Positions 45,982-59,648 of a stretch of DNA of 64,000 nucleotides are shown here, piece by piece. How positions within the stretch are numbered: position 1 is the stretch's first letter; each line of letters starts with the position of its first letter. The position numbers were made by a program, and so were the translations under genes. The notes under the pieces were generated by a model. It was given only the letters and a program-made list of their open reading frames with translations, ran no database searches and was not told where the DNA came from. This DNA is from Podarcis vaucheri (taxonomy: Eukaryota). The stretch lies in NCBI GenBank assembly GCA_965113315.1, contig OZ220364.1; one strand, given 5' to 3'.

Positions 45982-46213
45982 CAGTGGTACCTCGGGTTAA
46001 GAACTTAATTTGTTCCGGAGGTCCGCTCTTAACCTGAAACTGTTCTTAACCTGAAGCACCACTTTAGCTAATGGGGCCACCATGCCGCCGGAGCACGATT
46101 TCTGTTCTCATCCTGAAGCAAAGTTCTTAACCTGAGGTAATATTTCTGGGTTAGTGGAGTCTATAACCTGAAGCATATGTAACCTGAAGCGTTTGTAACC
46201 CGAGGTACCGCTG
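45982..46213. mobile_element. Tigger-like MITE (family A)
   Basis: TIRs CAGTGGTACCTCGGGTTA / TAACCCGAGGTACCGCTG; TA TSD. Confidence 0.88.
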
Positions 46214-46281
46214 TAGTCTACTACAAATAGATTCAATAGGTTTTGTCTTGTTTTCCTTCCATTCTGGGTCACTATGGAATA

Positions 46282-46530
46282 CAGCCGTACCTTGGGTCTC
46301 GAACGCCTTGTGACTCAAACGTTTTGGCTCCCGAACGCCACAAACCCGGAAGTGAGTGTTCCAGTCTGCGAACGTTCTTTGGAACCCGAACGTCCCGCTG
46401 CTTCTGCAGCTTCCGATTGAGTGCAGGAAGCTCCTGCAGCCAATTGGGAGCCACGCCTTGCTTTTGGAACGTTTTCAGAAGTCAAACGGACTTCTGGAAT
46501 GGATTCTGTTTGAGAACCAAGGTACGACTC
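46282..46530. mobile_element. Tigger-like MITE (family B, inverted relative to 28480)
   Basis: TIRs CAGCCGTACCTTGG / CCAAGGTACGACTC; TA TSD. Confidence 0.85.
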
Positions 46531-47092
46531 TACTATCAAAGGTTCTTCCACCAGCACCCTTTCAAATGCCTGCTCTCTGTGACTTCTCCAGTGTTGTAGC
46601 ATTTGAAAGAAGGTTGCTGGCTTTCAAGAGCGTTGCTGTGACCGATGTGCTTAGAAGCACAGGTCCATAGGCTTTCCATTATTGGATTTTGAACTTCCTA
46701 CCATAAGGGGATCCTTTTGACGTTCATTATTCTGCCACGGAAATATGGAACTGTTTTAGGGCTCACCCTTGATTCGATATGGGGCACTGGCCATGTCTTT
46801 TGGGCTTCACTGTTGCTGCACATGAACTGAGGACACGCACAATGCTTCCTGGCAGCTGCACATTGTAGGAGCAGTGGCTAAGCTGTCTTTCAGCAAATCA
46901 TCTAATGGAAGAACCTCTGATAAACCCCACAGTTTTAGAAAACAAAAACACTTTTTACAAGCAGAAATGCCTTTAAAAAGGTTACGTCGCCATCACAACA
47001 GAGAAAAATAAATACATACTTTCCTCGCAAACTTCCATTTCTTTAGCAGGGTCTTAATGCTTTTTCTTGCCTCGGATTTCACCTGAGGTTTA

Positions 47093-47200
47093 TGTTTGCT
47101 GAGTCATCAAAGCAATATGACGTCACAGCATTCCAAACATGATTTGCAAATGAACAATCAATGGTGTTCTGTTTGGTTTCCCCAGAGCGGGGGCGGGAAA
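47093..47200. promoter_or_regulatory. candidate downstream enhancer (dense TF motif cluster)
   Basis: FOX, AP-1, TCF/LEF, CRE, TEAD, SOX and GC-box motifs within about 110 bp. Confidence 0.4.
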
Positions 47201-48404
47201 TCTATTGCTTCCTAAACTGAAGCTGGCTTGCGCTTGCAAGTTGCCAGGATTAATCTTAATCTATGTGCATGTAATGCTTTCTCATCTGTGGCAGCACAAT
47301 GCAGAGACAGGAACTGATACAACCTTGGAAGTTTCACTGCTAAAAATATCTGTGCTGAAAAGAAGTTGGGATACATTACTTTGGTTTCCCACATACGAAG
47401 CAGTCTATGGAGAGAAACATTGCCTTAACCAGAGAATCTAACCTTGTGGTGTGTTTGGGTATGGTGGTTGATGGGACGTCCCAGTTTTTCCCATGCAAGC
47501 ATATTGAAGACTTCTGAAGAAGGAGCACAGAGTGAAATACCCAACAGAAGCAGCAAGCAACAGATAGTGGACACAGGAATCAACAACCATATATGAAACC
47601 TTGTCTTTTCTTGGGGGTAAATCATGAGCTGTTTCATAGACACTGAAAAAGCTGCCCCTTGAATAGCTAATACAGTAAGAAGATTTAAGAACTCACCTTC
47701 CTGAGATCATATTTTAATACAGTACTTCATCCAATAAAGGATGTGACTGACTAACGATAGAACTCCGCTGCCCAGAGAGGCTGGGGAAACCCAGCCAGAT
47801 GGGTGGGGTAGAAATAATAAATTATTATTGTTAAAATTACTATTATATCTCCCAGGAATGTCCAGGAAACTGCCTTGAGAAGGCATGTTTCATTTTTACT
47901 TTAGGTTGGCAAGTATCATCAAGCTCCACAAGGCCTGCAATATTCTACCTCCCCGTTAGGCCCCCTAATAGTTCTGTTCAGTTATTCCCTGTGTAGTCTG
48001 TCCCTCCTCTTTTTAAACATTTTCAGTCTTATTGCTATAGCAGTTGCTCACCACTGTGTGGCAGCAGAGATGGTAAAGCTGCCAACTCATGCTGGGCCGT
48101 TCTAAAGGACTGCGTTTTCTACTACGAGTTTATTGCACACATAAATAAAATACAAATAGTAGTATCCTTTAATAATTTAGAGTTTCCTGGCACCCTAAGA
48201 ACAAAAAAAAATTATTGGGCTTCAGATTTTTGTGAGTGTGAACCCATTTTATCAGACCTGTGAAGAAGAAGGTTCAGCCTCCCCACCCCCCTCCACCAAC
48301 CTGGTGCCCTTGAGACATTTTGGGCTACAACTTCCATAAAATGCTGTCCTGTTTGGTTATTAAGGAAGAAAGCCACTTCACTTACCTGCTCAAATGGCTC
48401 TTGC

Positions 48405-48495
48405 CCACAGACATTTATGCCACAATAAATTTGTTAGGTCTTTAAAGTATCCCAAGGTTCTGGTCTTGTTTTGCTGCGGCAGCCTAATATGGCCT
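48405..48495. mobile_element. Penelope-like terminal fragment
   Basis: ttatgccacaataaatttgttaggtctttaaag...; related pieces at about 48175-48265 (opposite strand) and 50565-50645. Confidence 0.45.
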
Positions 48496-48578
48496 CTGAA
48501 AACCAAAGTTTTGCAGCCCCGAATCAGTGAAAATGTCAGAGATCCTGCGTATGGGAAAGTGCCTATAGGAACCAAGTA

Positions 48579-48820
48579 CAGTGGTACCTCAGGTTAAGTA
48601 CTTAATTCGTTCTGGAGGTCCGTTCTTAACCTGAAACTGTTCTTAACCTGAAGCACCACTTTAGCTAATGGGGCCTCCCGCTGCTGCCGCGCCGCCGGAG
48701 CACAATTTCTGTTCTCATCCTGAAGCAAAGTTCTTAACCCGAGGTACTGTTTCTGGGTTAGCGGAGTCTGTAACCTGAAGCATATGTAACCTGAAGCGTA
48801 TGTAACCCGAAGTGCCACTG
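48579..48820. mobile_element. Tigger-like MITE (family A)
   Basis: TIRs CAGTGGTACCTCAGGTTA / TAACCCGAAGTGCCACTG; TA TSD. Confidence 0.88.
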
Positions 48821-50094
48821 TACTGGTATTACAAATTGCAGCTGGGATGCTACCCTGAAAAATGAAGGTGTTAAGTGTGATGAGCCTGATTTAAATCACT
48901 TCACAGGGTGGGCCTGCACACAGAATAATTTACACTGGGCCACCATAACGTAAGCTATATAGTTTGTGGTGACACAGTGAGTGTCACTCCGTCCACGTTA
49001 GAAGCTACTATCAGGCGTAGACATCATATGTTTTCTGAGGGCCATGCTTCAGCTAGAGGCCCACTGCCACCCCTTAAACCCCCTGGCCCTGATCTTCCTC
49101 TTCCTTGTTCTGCTACTGCCTGTTCACCTGCCCGCTTGGAGTGAGCAAGAAGGGACTAGTCTGCTTACTGGTGCACCTCCTGATATATGTGCAGGCTGCA
49201 CCCAGATAAATAGGGAAAGCAAAACGGGTGGCAGTGACAGTCGTAAAGGGGTGGTGGATCCACTAAGACCATCTTGCTCAAGGCCCTCTCAAAAACTGAC
49301 TGCTATGAATGAGCAGCTCCCCAGAGGAAAGTGTTGCCTTTAATACAATCCTTAGTTTCCGTCTTTTGCTACAGGCAAGATGGTCTTTTAGATGCAGCCA
49401 TTAGTATTGCTTTAGGCTGGCCATGTTCTTGCTGATTTTGGCAGGTGTGATGGAGGTTTTCAGGCAAGGAACAAACCTAGACACTGGGAACTGTGATAGT
49501 TTTCTAGACCAATAGCTTTTGGGGGTGAGGGAGATAAGTGGAGAGACGGGGGGGGGGAGGCACTGAACTATTCTATCTTTAGCTAATAACTAGGCTCTTC
49601 CTTCCATTCTTTTTTTTTTTTTTAAAGCACAGTACAAGAAAACAAGGGGAAACATGCAAGTCTAGGGCACACGAGTGCATCAAAATTTAAAGTCTTGGGT
49701 CAATCTAATCCTATGCCCGTTTTCTTAGGAGTAAGCCTTATTTATCTCAATGAAACTATTGAGTCAACAGGTTGCAAAACCCACAAAAACCACTAGGTGG
49801 AGGTTGTTGTAAATCTCCCAGCCTGACGAGTCTCCCTGTAGTGAAATGCTACTTTCCAGGATGTTGAGAATTTCCTTAACCACCTGCATTGGGTTGTTTT
49901 CTTCACATCACTGCAGGGCTCCTCTATGAAAGGATGCGCTGTGTTGTGGATATTTCCTGAACTAAGGATTAGTTACTAAGGATAACAAAGGATTCTATGG
50001 TTCTAGGATACTAAGTTAACTAAGGATAATGTAGACTCTACTTCACTGGAGAAAGAGACATTGGCCAGCCTTCTGTCCAGATTTCTTTAGTTGT

Positions 50095-50163
50095 GATTCC
50101 TGCATTGCACAGAGTGAAGTAGATGGCCCTTGGGTCCCTTCCAACTCTACAGTTCTACTATTC
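50095..50163 (+). mobile_element. CR1-type 3' end (same tail as the tRNA-Lys SINE)
   Basis: gattcctgcattgcac...ggtcccttccaactctacagttcta. Confidence 0.6.
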
Positions 50164-52775
50164 CACCGCACATTGGAAGAATATAAGGCAATGCCTGACT
50201 GCATGGTGACAGCTGTCCTGGGGAATGCTTTAAGGAGGCCCCTGACTTCCTTCCCATTTATGTATTCATGTTTTACACTGTTGATCGGCACCAGAGATAG
50301 ACAAAGTAAATCTCAGTTGGGTGTGTTGATCTCTTAATTTCCTGTCACATCGGATCTTATTTTTATTTTATGTAGAAGGATTTACAGATCACAACATTCT
50401 CGAAATGGTGTACAGTATATGTCTGTAAGCGGCATACATACATCTTAGCAGGGTGATTCTAACATCCAAAGATAAGTGCCTATATTAGGTGAAGTCTGAG
50501 TCCAGGTCTAAGGAACAAATGAGGTAAGACTTCCTGCATTGAATTAAGCCATGAAAGATGACGTCATAATAAACTTGTTATTATTTAAAGTGCCACAAGA
50601 CCCTGTTATTTTTGCTGCAAGAGACAGCACAGCTACCACTGTGGAATACGTTTCTGTTACTGATGGCAGTCAAAGACCAGCAGGGAGACCTTCCCCCACA
50701 CCTCCACCTGCAGATAGCAACAGGGCAAAATTCTAGCAGGACACCCTCTAGCACAGTATCCCTCAAACCTTGGAGTCCCACATGCTGTTGAGCTAGAACT
50801 CCCATCATCCCTGACCATTGGCTAAGCTGGGTGAGGATGATGGAGTACAACGGCATCAAGGTGGAAGAGCAGTGCTGCAGAAGCATCCCCCTGCAAGGTT
50901 CAACCTGTCTGAACACCCACACCCCTGTGGTGGAATAAGATTTGAACTTCAGCCTTCTGTTGATGCCCTCAGAAGACTGTTCTCAATCCTAAATGCCCTG
51001 GAGAGGGGGAAAGGGGAAGCTATTGGCAGGATGGGGAGATCCCATGGGTCAGAAGTTCCCCACTCCTACTCTAGCTCTGTATTGCCTTGAAAACAGAGGT
51101 GTGTGTCTTTGTGTGTCAAAATCTATGCACTGGGCTCTGTTCTACTAGCTAGAGAGAGTACCTGCAGCCCTCTACTAGACTTTCCCATCCCTATGCTTTC
51201 CCTGCTCACAGAGCTTTAATTGGACATGTCTGGGCCACTTAATCCTCTTACTTTCTAGACCAGGGCGTGCACATCACATGGTTGGTACAAAGTCTCTGGG
51301 GAATGTGAACCCCATGCCAGGGGATTAACCTTTTCTGGCCCCAGCAGATTGCATGCCTACAGGGACTCCATGTGCAAATTCAGAAGGGCAAGGTAATGCA
51401 AAGCCCTCTCTCCCTCCTAGAATTGGCTGAGCTCAGTGGGCTGGATGGGCAGACCTAAGGTAGGGCCCTGGGACAGATGCCAACCACATCTTTGCAACCA
51501 TATAATGCCAACATACCCCCCATATGGTAATGCTGCTGCTGCTGTAGCAGCTAAGGACTGAGCAGGCACAATGAAGGATGCTTTTTAAATTATGTTTTGA
51601 GTGTTTGCATTGCAGGTCATCTAAGGATGCTGGATGGGGCCATGCCTCTGCAGTACCGCCCTATTGGACAGCAGTGACATACCTCCAGAATCTGGCTGTT
51701 GGGAGGTGCAGAAGGAGATGGAGCAGGCAGGAGGCCCCCAGGAGACAGGTTTCAGGAATCAAGCCAAGGGTGTGCCAACGTGCATTTCTGGGATGGGATA
51801 AATGCCAGCAGCCAGGGCTTGCTGGGGCCTGCATGGCTCTGGCGCCTGCACCTGGGGATGTGCCTGAAAGTGCCAGGGTGGAGTCAGACCGCACGTGTTG
51901 GCAAGTGTGCCATGTGGTAAAAAGCATTCCTGATCACAGCAGTGTTGCCAGGGGCCTTCATTTTAAGGGGGGCATTTCTTCAGAATCTCCGCTGAGCTCA
52001 TGCAGCAGAGACCCGGGGCGGCAGAGCTGCGCACTGAGCCCCATTTACCGACTCAGGAAATAGCACTGCATGCGGATCAGGGCCCTTCTCCATAGCTTGC
52101 TGTGTAAGACAGAATTGGAACAAGGCAAAGCAACAGTGGGCTTCCTAATGGACACGTCGGTCAACTGAAAACACATTTAGGCTGTGGTTTCTCTTTGCTG
52201 GCACCTAGCTGGCTGAACTTTGTCTAGATTTCAAGTCAGTTTTCAAAATTCTGCTTTAAGTGGCCTGTCTAAGAGAGCTCAGGTGTGCTCTAGAACGCAG
52301 GTAGACAATGTGGTCCCCCCAATACCCATTCAACTCTCATCAGCCCCAACCAACACAGCCAGTAGTCAGGGATAGTGGGAGCTGCACTCCAAAAACATCT
52401 TCCAAGCTACACTGCTAGACTCTATCCTGAGTCTAAAGGAAGCTGGAAAAACAACAACTGTGCATGTGAGCGGTCTATTTATGTGGGAGGTTAATACCAG
52501 AGGAGGGGATTTGTGTGTGACCATGATAATTAGAAAATATTTTGTGTTTTACTGAATGTACAAAAGGGAATCAGCTATGAATCAGAGTGGGGAGAGAAAG
52601 AAGGAACTGGTATATGCTCAATTCTTCTTCCCACTCGCCTACACACAGTCAATTCATGGATGGAACATGGAGGGGGGGATGTTGTCCCAGGAGCAGCTTC
52701 TGGCCAACATGTCTCCCACAGACATCAGAAAGCAAGGAAGAGAAAAACCCAAAGAGGAGGGGATCCCACCCTGTC

Positions 52776-52817
52776 CCATTTCTGAATATGCAGAAATTTC
52801 TGAATATTCAGAAATGG
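52776..52817. repeat. 42-bp near-perfect nested palindrome
   Basis: CCATTTCTGAATATGCAGAAA|TTTCTGAATATTCAGAAATGG, one mismatch. Confidence 0.9.
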
Positions 52818-55171
52818 AAAGAAGAAGATTATCCAGAGTTAGTGATGTCAATCAATCAATATCACAGGTGCAGGTTTGTAAAAAGGAAAAGAAGAAGTTA
52901 GGGTAGTGTATGTTAACAGCTTTCCATTCTTCATACCGCTTAGGGTTGAGTTAGAGAAATCAATTTCTTCCCTCATAACAAACTGATTTAGAACACCTTT
53001 AGTATTAAAGCTTTCAAGAAACAAAACATTTTCTTCTGTTTGAAATTTCTCTTGGGAAGGCTGACCAGGAAACTGGGAAATTTCCCAGAACAAATGAGGA
53101 CACTGAAAAATGATTAGAAAGATGGAAAAGTTGAAGGAGAGAGAGAAGGGGAGAGGGAGAGGTTTTTGCTGTCTCCATGATGGCAAATAAATCCACGTAT
53201 TGAGAGAGGGAACATACTCCCATTGCTCATTCCCCCCCAAATGGAGATTTGTACTTTTCTTAAAATGGAACTTAATCACGTCAAACAAATGTAGGTCATG
53301 TTCATCTCAGACTAGTCTTGGGCTCAGTGGGTCAGTGGAACTCAAGCCAGACAAGAGTGGCATATTCACTAAAATAATTTTAATCAGCTTAAAACCAGCT
53401 TGTTTTTTTTTTTAATCAGCACTGGGTGGGTGGTATCCCAGAAGACAGGACAAGTTTAAAAGATGGAACCAAGTTGACTTTTATTTTTTTAAGAAACACA
53501 AAAGGATCAGTTAATGTCATTGTTTATTGGGAGGCTGGTTCCATCCTGCCCCTGAATCTTTTATTTCCTACACTGGAGTTTTACCTGTGCTTATTTCAGA
53601 ACACTTTAGCCCTGAGATTCTTTCCCTTCTTCTTTTGAAAGACATACCATAAGATGGTACAGGAAATGGTTAACTGCAGCTGAAGTTGTAAGGCTCTAGT
53701 GTGCTTCTCTTCTCCTGAAATGAGTGCAGACCAAGTTCAGGACCAACGTGGCTTGTGATGAGGAGTCACCCTGAACATACAGTCATCAAAACAGCCCCTG
53801 CACAGATGGATCCTTTTAAGACCCTACGTTTCAAGCAAGAACTGTTGCGCTGTCGCTTTTCTGCTTGAACTGCTCAGACAGCGTTGACCTTCTCTGTCTT
53901 TATTCATGTGCTAAGCAGGGCTCTGCATTAAACATGAACTAAGACACTTCTCTGTCCTCGAGTCCAGAACACCAGGAAAACAGCAGCGCAGCTAGGATTT
54001 CCACACCGCCTGCAAATAGCCCAGCCAAAGATCTCGCCCACCCATCCTCTCTCTTCCTGCCACCCCTTTTCAATCAGCTGCGAGAGGCACATCTGTTTGC
54101 TATTCCCTAGTCATGGAGGCCCTCGGCTGCTCCCACAGAAATGTAACTTGGGTGTGTTGCATTAATGATACATACGGTTGTAAGAGTGTCCTGGGAAGTC
54201 GTCACAGCAGAGATGCATGATGGTTGGCAGATGTGCTGAACTGGAGGGAAAGCACTGGGGGGGTGTGTGTGCAAGAAATGGAAACCTCCTTTCTTAGCTG
54301 AGCTATGGAAACAGCCGCTGCATTTCAGCTTCTGCGGGAAACTTGGTTTAAGGGGCTGCGGCTTGTGGAACAGTCTGGACACAGATGCATGTGGTCATTT
54401 TGTCAATGAATCCCAACCCCGTTAACCTTCCTTTTCATAGCATATATTCATTAATACACACCCTTTCAATTTATTTTAAACATTGTTTACGTGTTTGTTA
54501 CTATGTGGCATCAGCTTCTTCCCAACCTGCAGCGTAAGCTAAATAAGCCTCTCTCTCGCTCACACTCAAGCACTGTACATCATGCAAGCCAGTTTCATGT
54601 CTCTTAGTCCTTCCTTCTAAGCTGGCCTGAGTGAGCTCTGCTTGCAACTTCTCTTTAGGCATCAGAAAAGCGACATCAAGCCTTCTAAGCAACAAGCAAT
54701 TGCTCTTGATCTGCAGCCAGCACTGTCTCGTCTCCTTTGTAACAGCAGAGAGAAAGCTCCAAGAGGCAAGCCCCTTCCATTAGGGATCTGTCCAAAATAT
54801 GACGTGTTCCTTGGAGCCATGAATACAACTAATTTGAGACCACCAAACCATTGCACCAACTAGCTTCAAAGAAGGATTTAAAAAAAAAAAGAAGTTTCAA
54901 AGCAACAATTGTTTGGGGAACATCTTTTTACCCTACTGGTTTATGCTTCTTCTTTCCTGGGCCATTTTAAAAAAGAACAACAACTATGATTTTTGGTTAT
55001 ACATTTCAGTAGTCTTACAATCATTCTAACATTTCAAAACTCAACGTCCTTTCTCCAATTTCTGTGGCTCCTTAAATTTGGTTTTTTTATTTTTTTACAT
55101 TTCCTGCATATTCTATATTAACTTACTATTTTATTCATCTACTTTAAACAAAATGAAACTGTAGGTTATTA

Positions 55172-55412
55172 CAGTGGTACCTCGGTTGAAGAACAGTCCA
55201 ATTTAAAAACAATTTGGTTTACAAACTCCGCAAAACTGGAAATGGTATCTTGGTTTGAGAACTTTACTTTGGTCTAAGAACAGAATCCAAACAGTGGAAG
55301 GGCACTGGCGGCAAAAGGCCTCATTAGGGAAAGCGCACCTTGGTTTAAGAATGGTTTTGGTTTAAGAACAGACTTCCGGAATGTATTAAGTTCATAAACC
55401 AAGGTACCACTG
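55172..55412. mobile_element. Tigger-like MITE (family A relative, inverted)
   Basis: TIRs CAGTGGTACCTCGGTT / AACCAAGGTACCACTG; TA TSD. Confidence 0.85.
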
Positions 55413-56013
55413 TACAATAATCCTGCCATGATGCCATACTGTTTTTCTTTTCTATCCCAGTCCCCCAATGTAAAACACAGTTCCTTTCCTACCCAAGCCT
55501 ACCTACAGGATGGGAGGCACCCCAGCTTAGAGGGTCATCCATCAGGAATGTCCAGGCTTGCAACGTGACTCTCCCACCCCACCACTGGAACAAAGGAAGA
55601 AACCTCTTTGCACCTCAACAACAAAGTGCCTGTTGGCATAACTTGCCTTGGATGACGTGCACTCTCGCCCATGAAAGTTTTATGACATAATAAATTTGTT
55701 AGGGTTATGCTAAATGTGTTGCTCATAAAGGCTTTTCGAAATATTTCAAACACCAATTTAGGCCTCTCCCAAGGTTCCGTTACACACAACACAAAGGGAA
55801 TACATTTCAGGCAGCTCCCCTTCCTTCGTTTCATCTGCTCCGGGGGGTTGGAGACCTTCATGAGCAGATTCAGGGGAGGCACAGGGACTATAGGGTGGGG
55901 TGGTTTCTGCAACCATTGGACGCAATAGTAGGCTACAATTCACTTGGAAGAAATCAGCCTTGCACTATATTGAACATTTCATCAGGGCCAGCTTTAAAAT
56001 TTCCAAGACAGAA

Positions 56014-56199
56014 TAGGGTTGCCATACATCCAGGAAATCCCTGACATGTCCTACGGGGGGATTTTTACAATTGTAAGCAAATGTCCGGGTTTGAGGGGGG
56101 TTCAGGATTGGGCTCTGGTGCAGGCAGCTCTGGCTCTGTTTCAGGCTCAGCGGTAGCCCCCCCAAAAGCTCAACAACCTCTGGATATACGGCAACCCTA
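56014..56199. mobile_element. hAT (Blackjack-like) MITE
   Basis: TIRs TAGGGTTGCCATA / TACGGCAACCCTA; flanks AGACAGAA / AGATAGAG (6/8). Confidence 0.7.
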
Positions 56200-57973
56200 A
56201 GATAGAGCAATCCCCTTGCACCCCCACCAATGCATGTTTCTGGGGGTTTCCCAACCCACCCAGAGCCAATTTCAGAGGGCGTGTAGGGCACAGGAGGAGG
56301 AGGGGGCGGGAAAACATTGCACCAGGGCTTCTGCTGACAAGACTCTTTAGGCTGCTTACGCATCTTATATTTAAAGCACATTCTGCTCCCCAGAGAATCC
56401 TAGGAACTGTAGTTTAAGGATGCTGGGGATTGTACAGTAGCTCTGTGAGCAGTAAACTACAGTTCCCACAGATGTGTGTGTGTGTGTGTGTAATGTGCTT
56501 TAACTCTTGAATGTGTACACAGCTTTTGTTTGTTTTGCAACTGTTCTGTCTAGTTACAGTTCACAACTTGCCTCTGCCCAGAGCAGAATGCACCAGGTGG
56601 AGGGCTGATTTGCCTAGGCACCCATCGTCATGCCACCCACACTGGAGGACTGCGTTCTGCTTCTAACTGTTATCTTGCCTTGCCTAGGTATTAATTCATT
56701 TGCAAAATGAGCTTGTAGCCATTTAACGCTCCTTCGACTTGCAGAACAAGACCTTAATCAGAACTTTATAAGCAGGTAAATCACAAAGCAACTGTGAACA
56801 TTATGAAAACTGCTCTGGTGAGTTGCACAAACAGGTAGGCCAGCACAGAGTTTCAGTCTCGGCAAGGAATATGCTACCATGGAGAACTTCTCTTTAAACT
56901 CAGGCACCTCGGAAGCCCTGGACAAATCCCATAGGAGGTGTTTCCCTGCATGATCTAAAGGCAAAACTTTGTCCCTAGAGATTGTTGGGGCCTTCCAGGT
57001 TTAAAATCCAGCAAATGTGCAAAAGTTGTTGCTCATTTCTTGTGTGGGATCTAGCCTTTCCCTAATAGGGGGACTTTTGCTTGGAGTGGAGAGAGTATCA
57101 TGTTTTCTTAGCTTGCAAAGCACAACACACTATCTCTGGAAAAAATTTATTCTTCCTCCTATTCTGGGCCACATCGTGGTCAAATATCGGCAGTCCGTCT
57201 ATAAGCAGGGACTTGACCTAAACTTGCACGCAAGGTGAAACTGACAAAGTGCTTCTCCACACATCGCCCTGAGACTAGTCAGTTTCAACTTCCATGTGAA
57301 TCCTGTCATCGGAAGTAGAGAGACACTCCCTATCTCATATCACTGTCGTGATTTTCATCATCCAGACTTTGAGAATAGGAACACCCCTCCTTAAGCAAGG
57401 CTACCACCCATCCCATCCATTTTGTGTGGAATGCATATCATGTTACTGCTTTTGAAATGTGACTTGCAGGACTACGTTGCAAAACCCAGAGTGCAGATGG
57501 GGCGTATTTTGGACTGACTCTGTCTGGATCAGCCTAAGCAGATTGAAAACAATTGAATCCTATACTGTCGTGATGCTGAGTGGTTAGGGAGCTGCTCTGT
57601 GGTGTTGGCATTGCAGTTTCAAGGTCCTGGGAGCTCCCTGCCTTTCACCCCTAACATATCTTTTTAGGGTATGTGTATGTAAAGGTCATGCATGCAAAAG
57701 GTAAGTGGGGCCATGTTACTGCCTTCCCCTCGTTGAGGCTTGAGCTCCTCTCTCCTGCTTCCTAACCTCCTTCCCTATGGAGTGAGCCCTTGGAGGTGGC
57801 CACTACCAACGTGTCTCTGTGGCTGCCTTTGTTGCATGTCTTGGCCACTCCCTCCATCTGCTTTGCAAGAGGCTGCTTCGCTTCCCTCCCTGGGTGATCC
57901 TCAGGTTACTATTGTCCCAGAAGGGCCGTGTGTGTCTTTGCAGCTGTGCTGTGGGAGTCATCCTCCTATCCTC

Positions 57974-57975
<2 letters not shown>

Positions 57976-58017
<42 letters not shown>
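57976..58017. repeat. (TG)21 microsatellite
   Basis: Directly visible. Confidence 0.95.
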
Positions 58018-58018
<1 letters not shown>

Positions 58019-59582
58019 ATGTGCGTGCGTTGTGCTCCAGAATGTTGACTGTGAGGACTATAAGGAGATTTACACTCCTGGCTGCAGGCTATCTGGGACT
58101 GGCCACAACAGGGGCACTGCTGGGTCAGCCCCAGTGCTATATGGATTGGGGTACCCTGGCATTGCTGTCTGTGTTGTGATGCAGGGAGCACATCACTGTG
58201 AGCTCATTGGCTCCTTCCATGTTTGGGTGGCATGTGAACATCGCCATTTGGCTTTGCCCCCAAATCAGTGGGTTGTGTTTCCAGGGCTGCTGGAGTGTGT
58301 GTGTGTTATTTTTTAACCCTACTGTGGCATTTCATGTGTGTTTACTTTCCCTTCCCCTCCTAAGCCGAACATGTACAGAGCTCAGTAGCCATTCTGCCGG
58401 CATATCAGTGGAACCCGTCTTCCTCCCACTGGCAAAAGTTTCCTCTGTCATACAGGTATCTAATACTCCCCACATTCTGGGTTGGACAAATTCCCATGCC
58501 AAACCACATTTGCTCACCTCTCCCCGAACAAACTATCCATTGTTCACCCTCTTATTCCCTTTTGCATGAAATGTTTTGGTTCAATGCTGCAGATGAGTGT
58601 ATGTGTGTGTATTGTGTGTGTGTGTGTATATGTATGCAAACACATGCACAGCTACACAGGCAAATTGCAGTGGAACTGATGGAACGGAAGATGGAGTCTG
58701 GAACTGCCATTTAACACGTTGGCTCTTCTCTGAGCCACAGACTTCTAAGTGCATCAGAATCTCACTCGGGTTAGGATATGACAAGCCTTATTTACTCTCT
58801 GTCTGCACGACTACACTGGCTCTTTATAGATCTCTCAGTAGTAACTGATTAGCGTAGGTGCACACCATACATTTAAAGCACATTTATTGCACCTTTAAAG
58901 CTCACAGCTCTCTCAAATAATATTGGGAACTGCAGTTTGTTAAGGGTGCCAGGAATGCCAGGATTATTTGGGAGAGTTCATGTTCTTTAAATGTGCATTG
59001 AATGTGATTAAAATGTAGGGTGTGGATCTGCCCTCAATGTTGCATTTGTTCCTATACTTCCTGATGTTGATGGCTCTCCTACCATTCCTTGCTTGAGGGA
59101 GAAAGAAATTAAAGAGAAAGCAGGCTTTGACAGCTTGCTTCTTTCCTGCTGGGTGGCTGGTTCCTTGTGCAGCTTGAATGGGAGGGTATCTCAGCCTTGA
59201 GGCCGGTCTTGAGCAGGTGGGTTTCATGACCCACAGCAATGGGGATGCAAAGTTACCCAGAGCTGGTCATGCTACTGGTACCAAGGCCATCTTAGGAGAA
59301 AGAGAAGAGAGAAGAGAAAAGATTGGTGAGAGAAGAAAGACAAGGAGGAGAGGAAAGAGACTGCAGGAGAGATGTACAGCATGATCCAATGGATGTTTAC
59401 TCAGAAGTCATGTTGAGTTCAAGGTAACTTACTCCCAGATAGGTGTGTGTAGCGTGGCAACCTTGGATAATGATAAAAATAATAAATAATGCCATCAGTT
59501 TGTGTCTTGTTGCATATGGGTGCTTAATTATGGTATTCACTCTCCACTCTTACATTGAAAAGTTCATAGCAGGCTAATCATG

Positions 59583-59583
59583 G

Positions 59584-59624
<41 letters not shown>

Positions 59625-59648
59625 CATAACAACAACAACAACAACAAC
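59583..59648. repeat. (GTT)14-CAT-(AAC)7 inverted microsatellite
   Basis: Directly visible. Confidence 0.95.
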
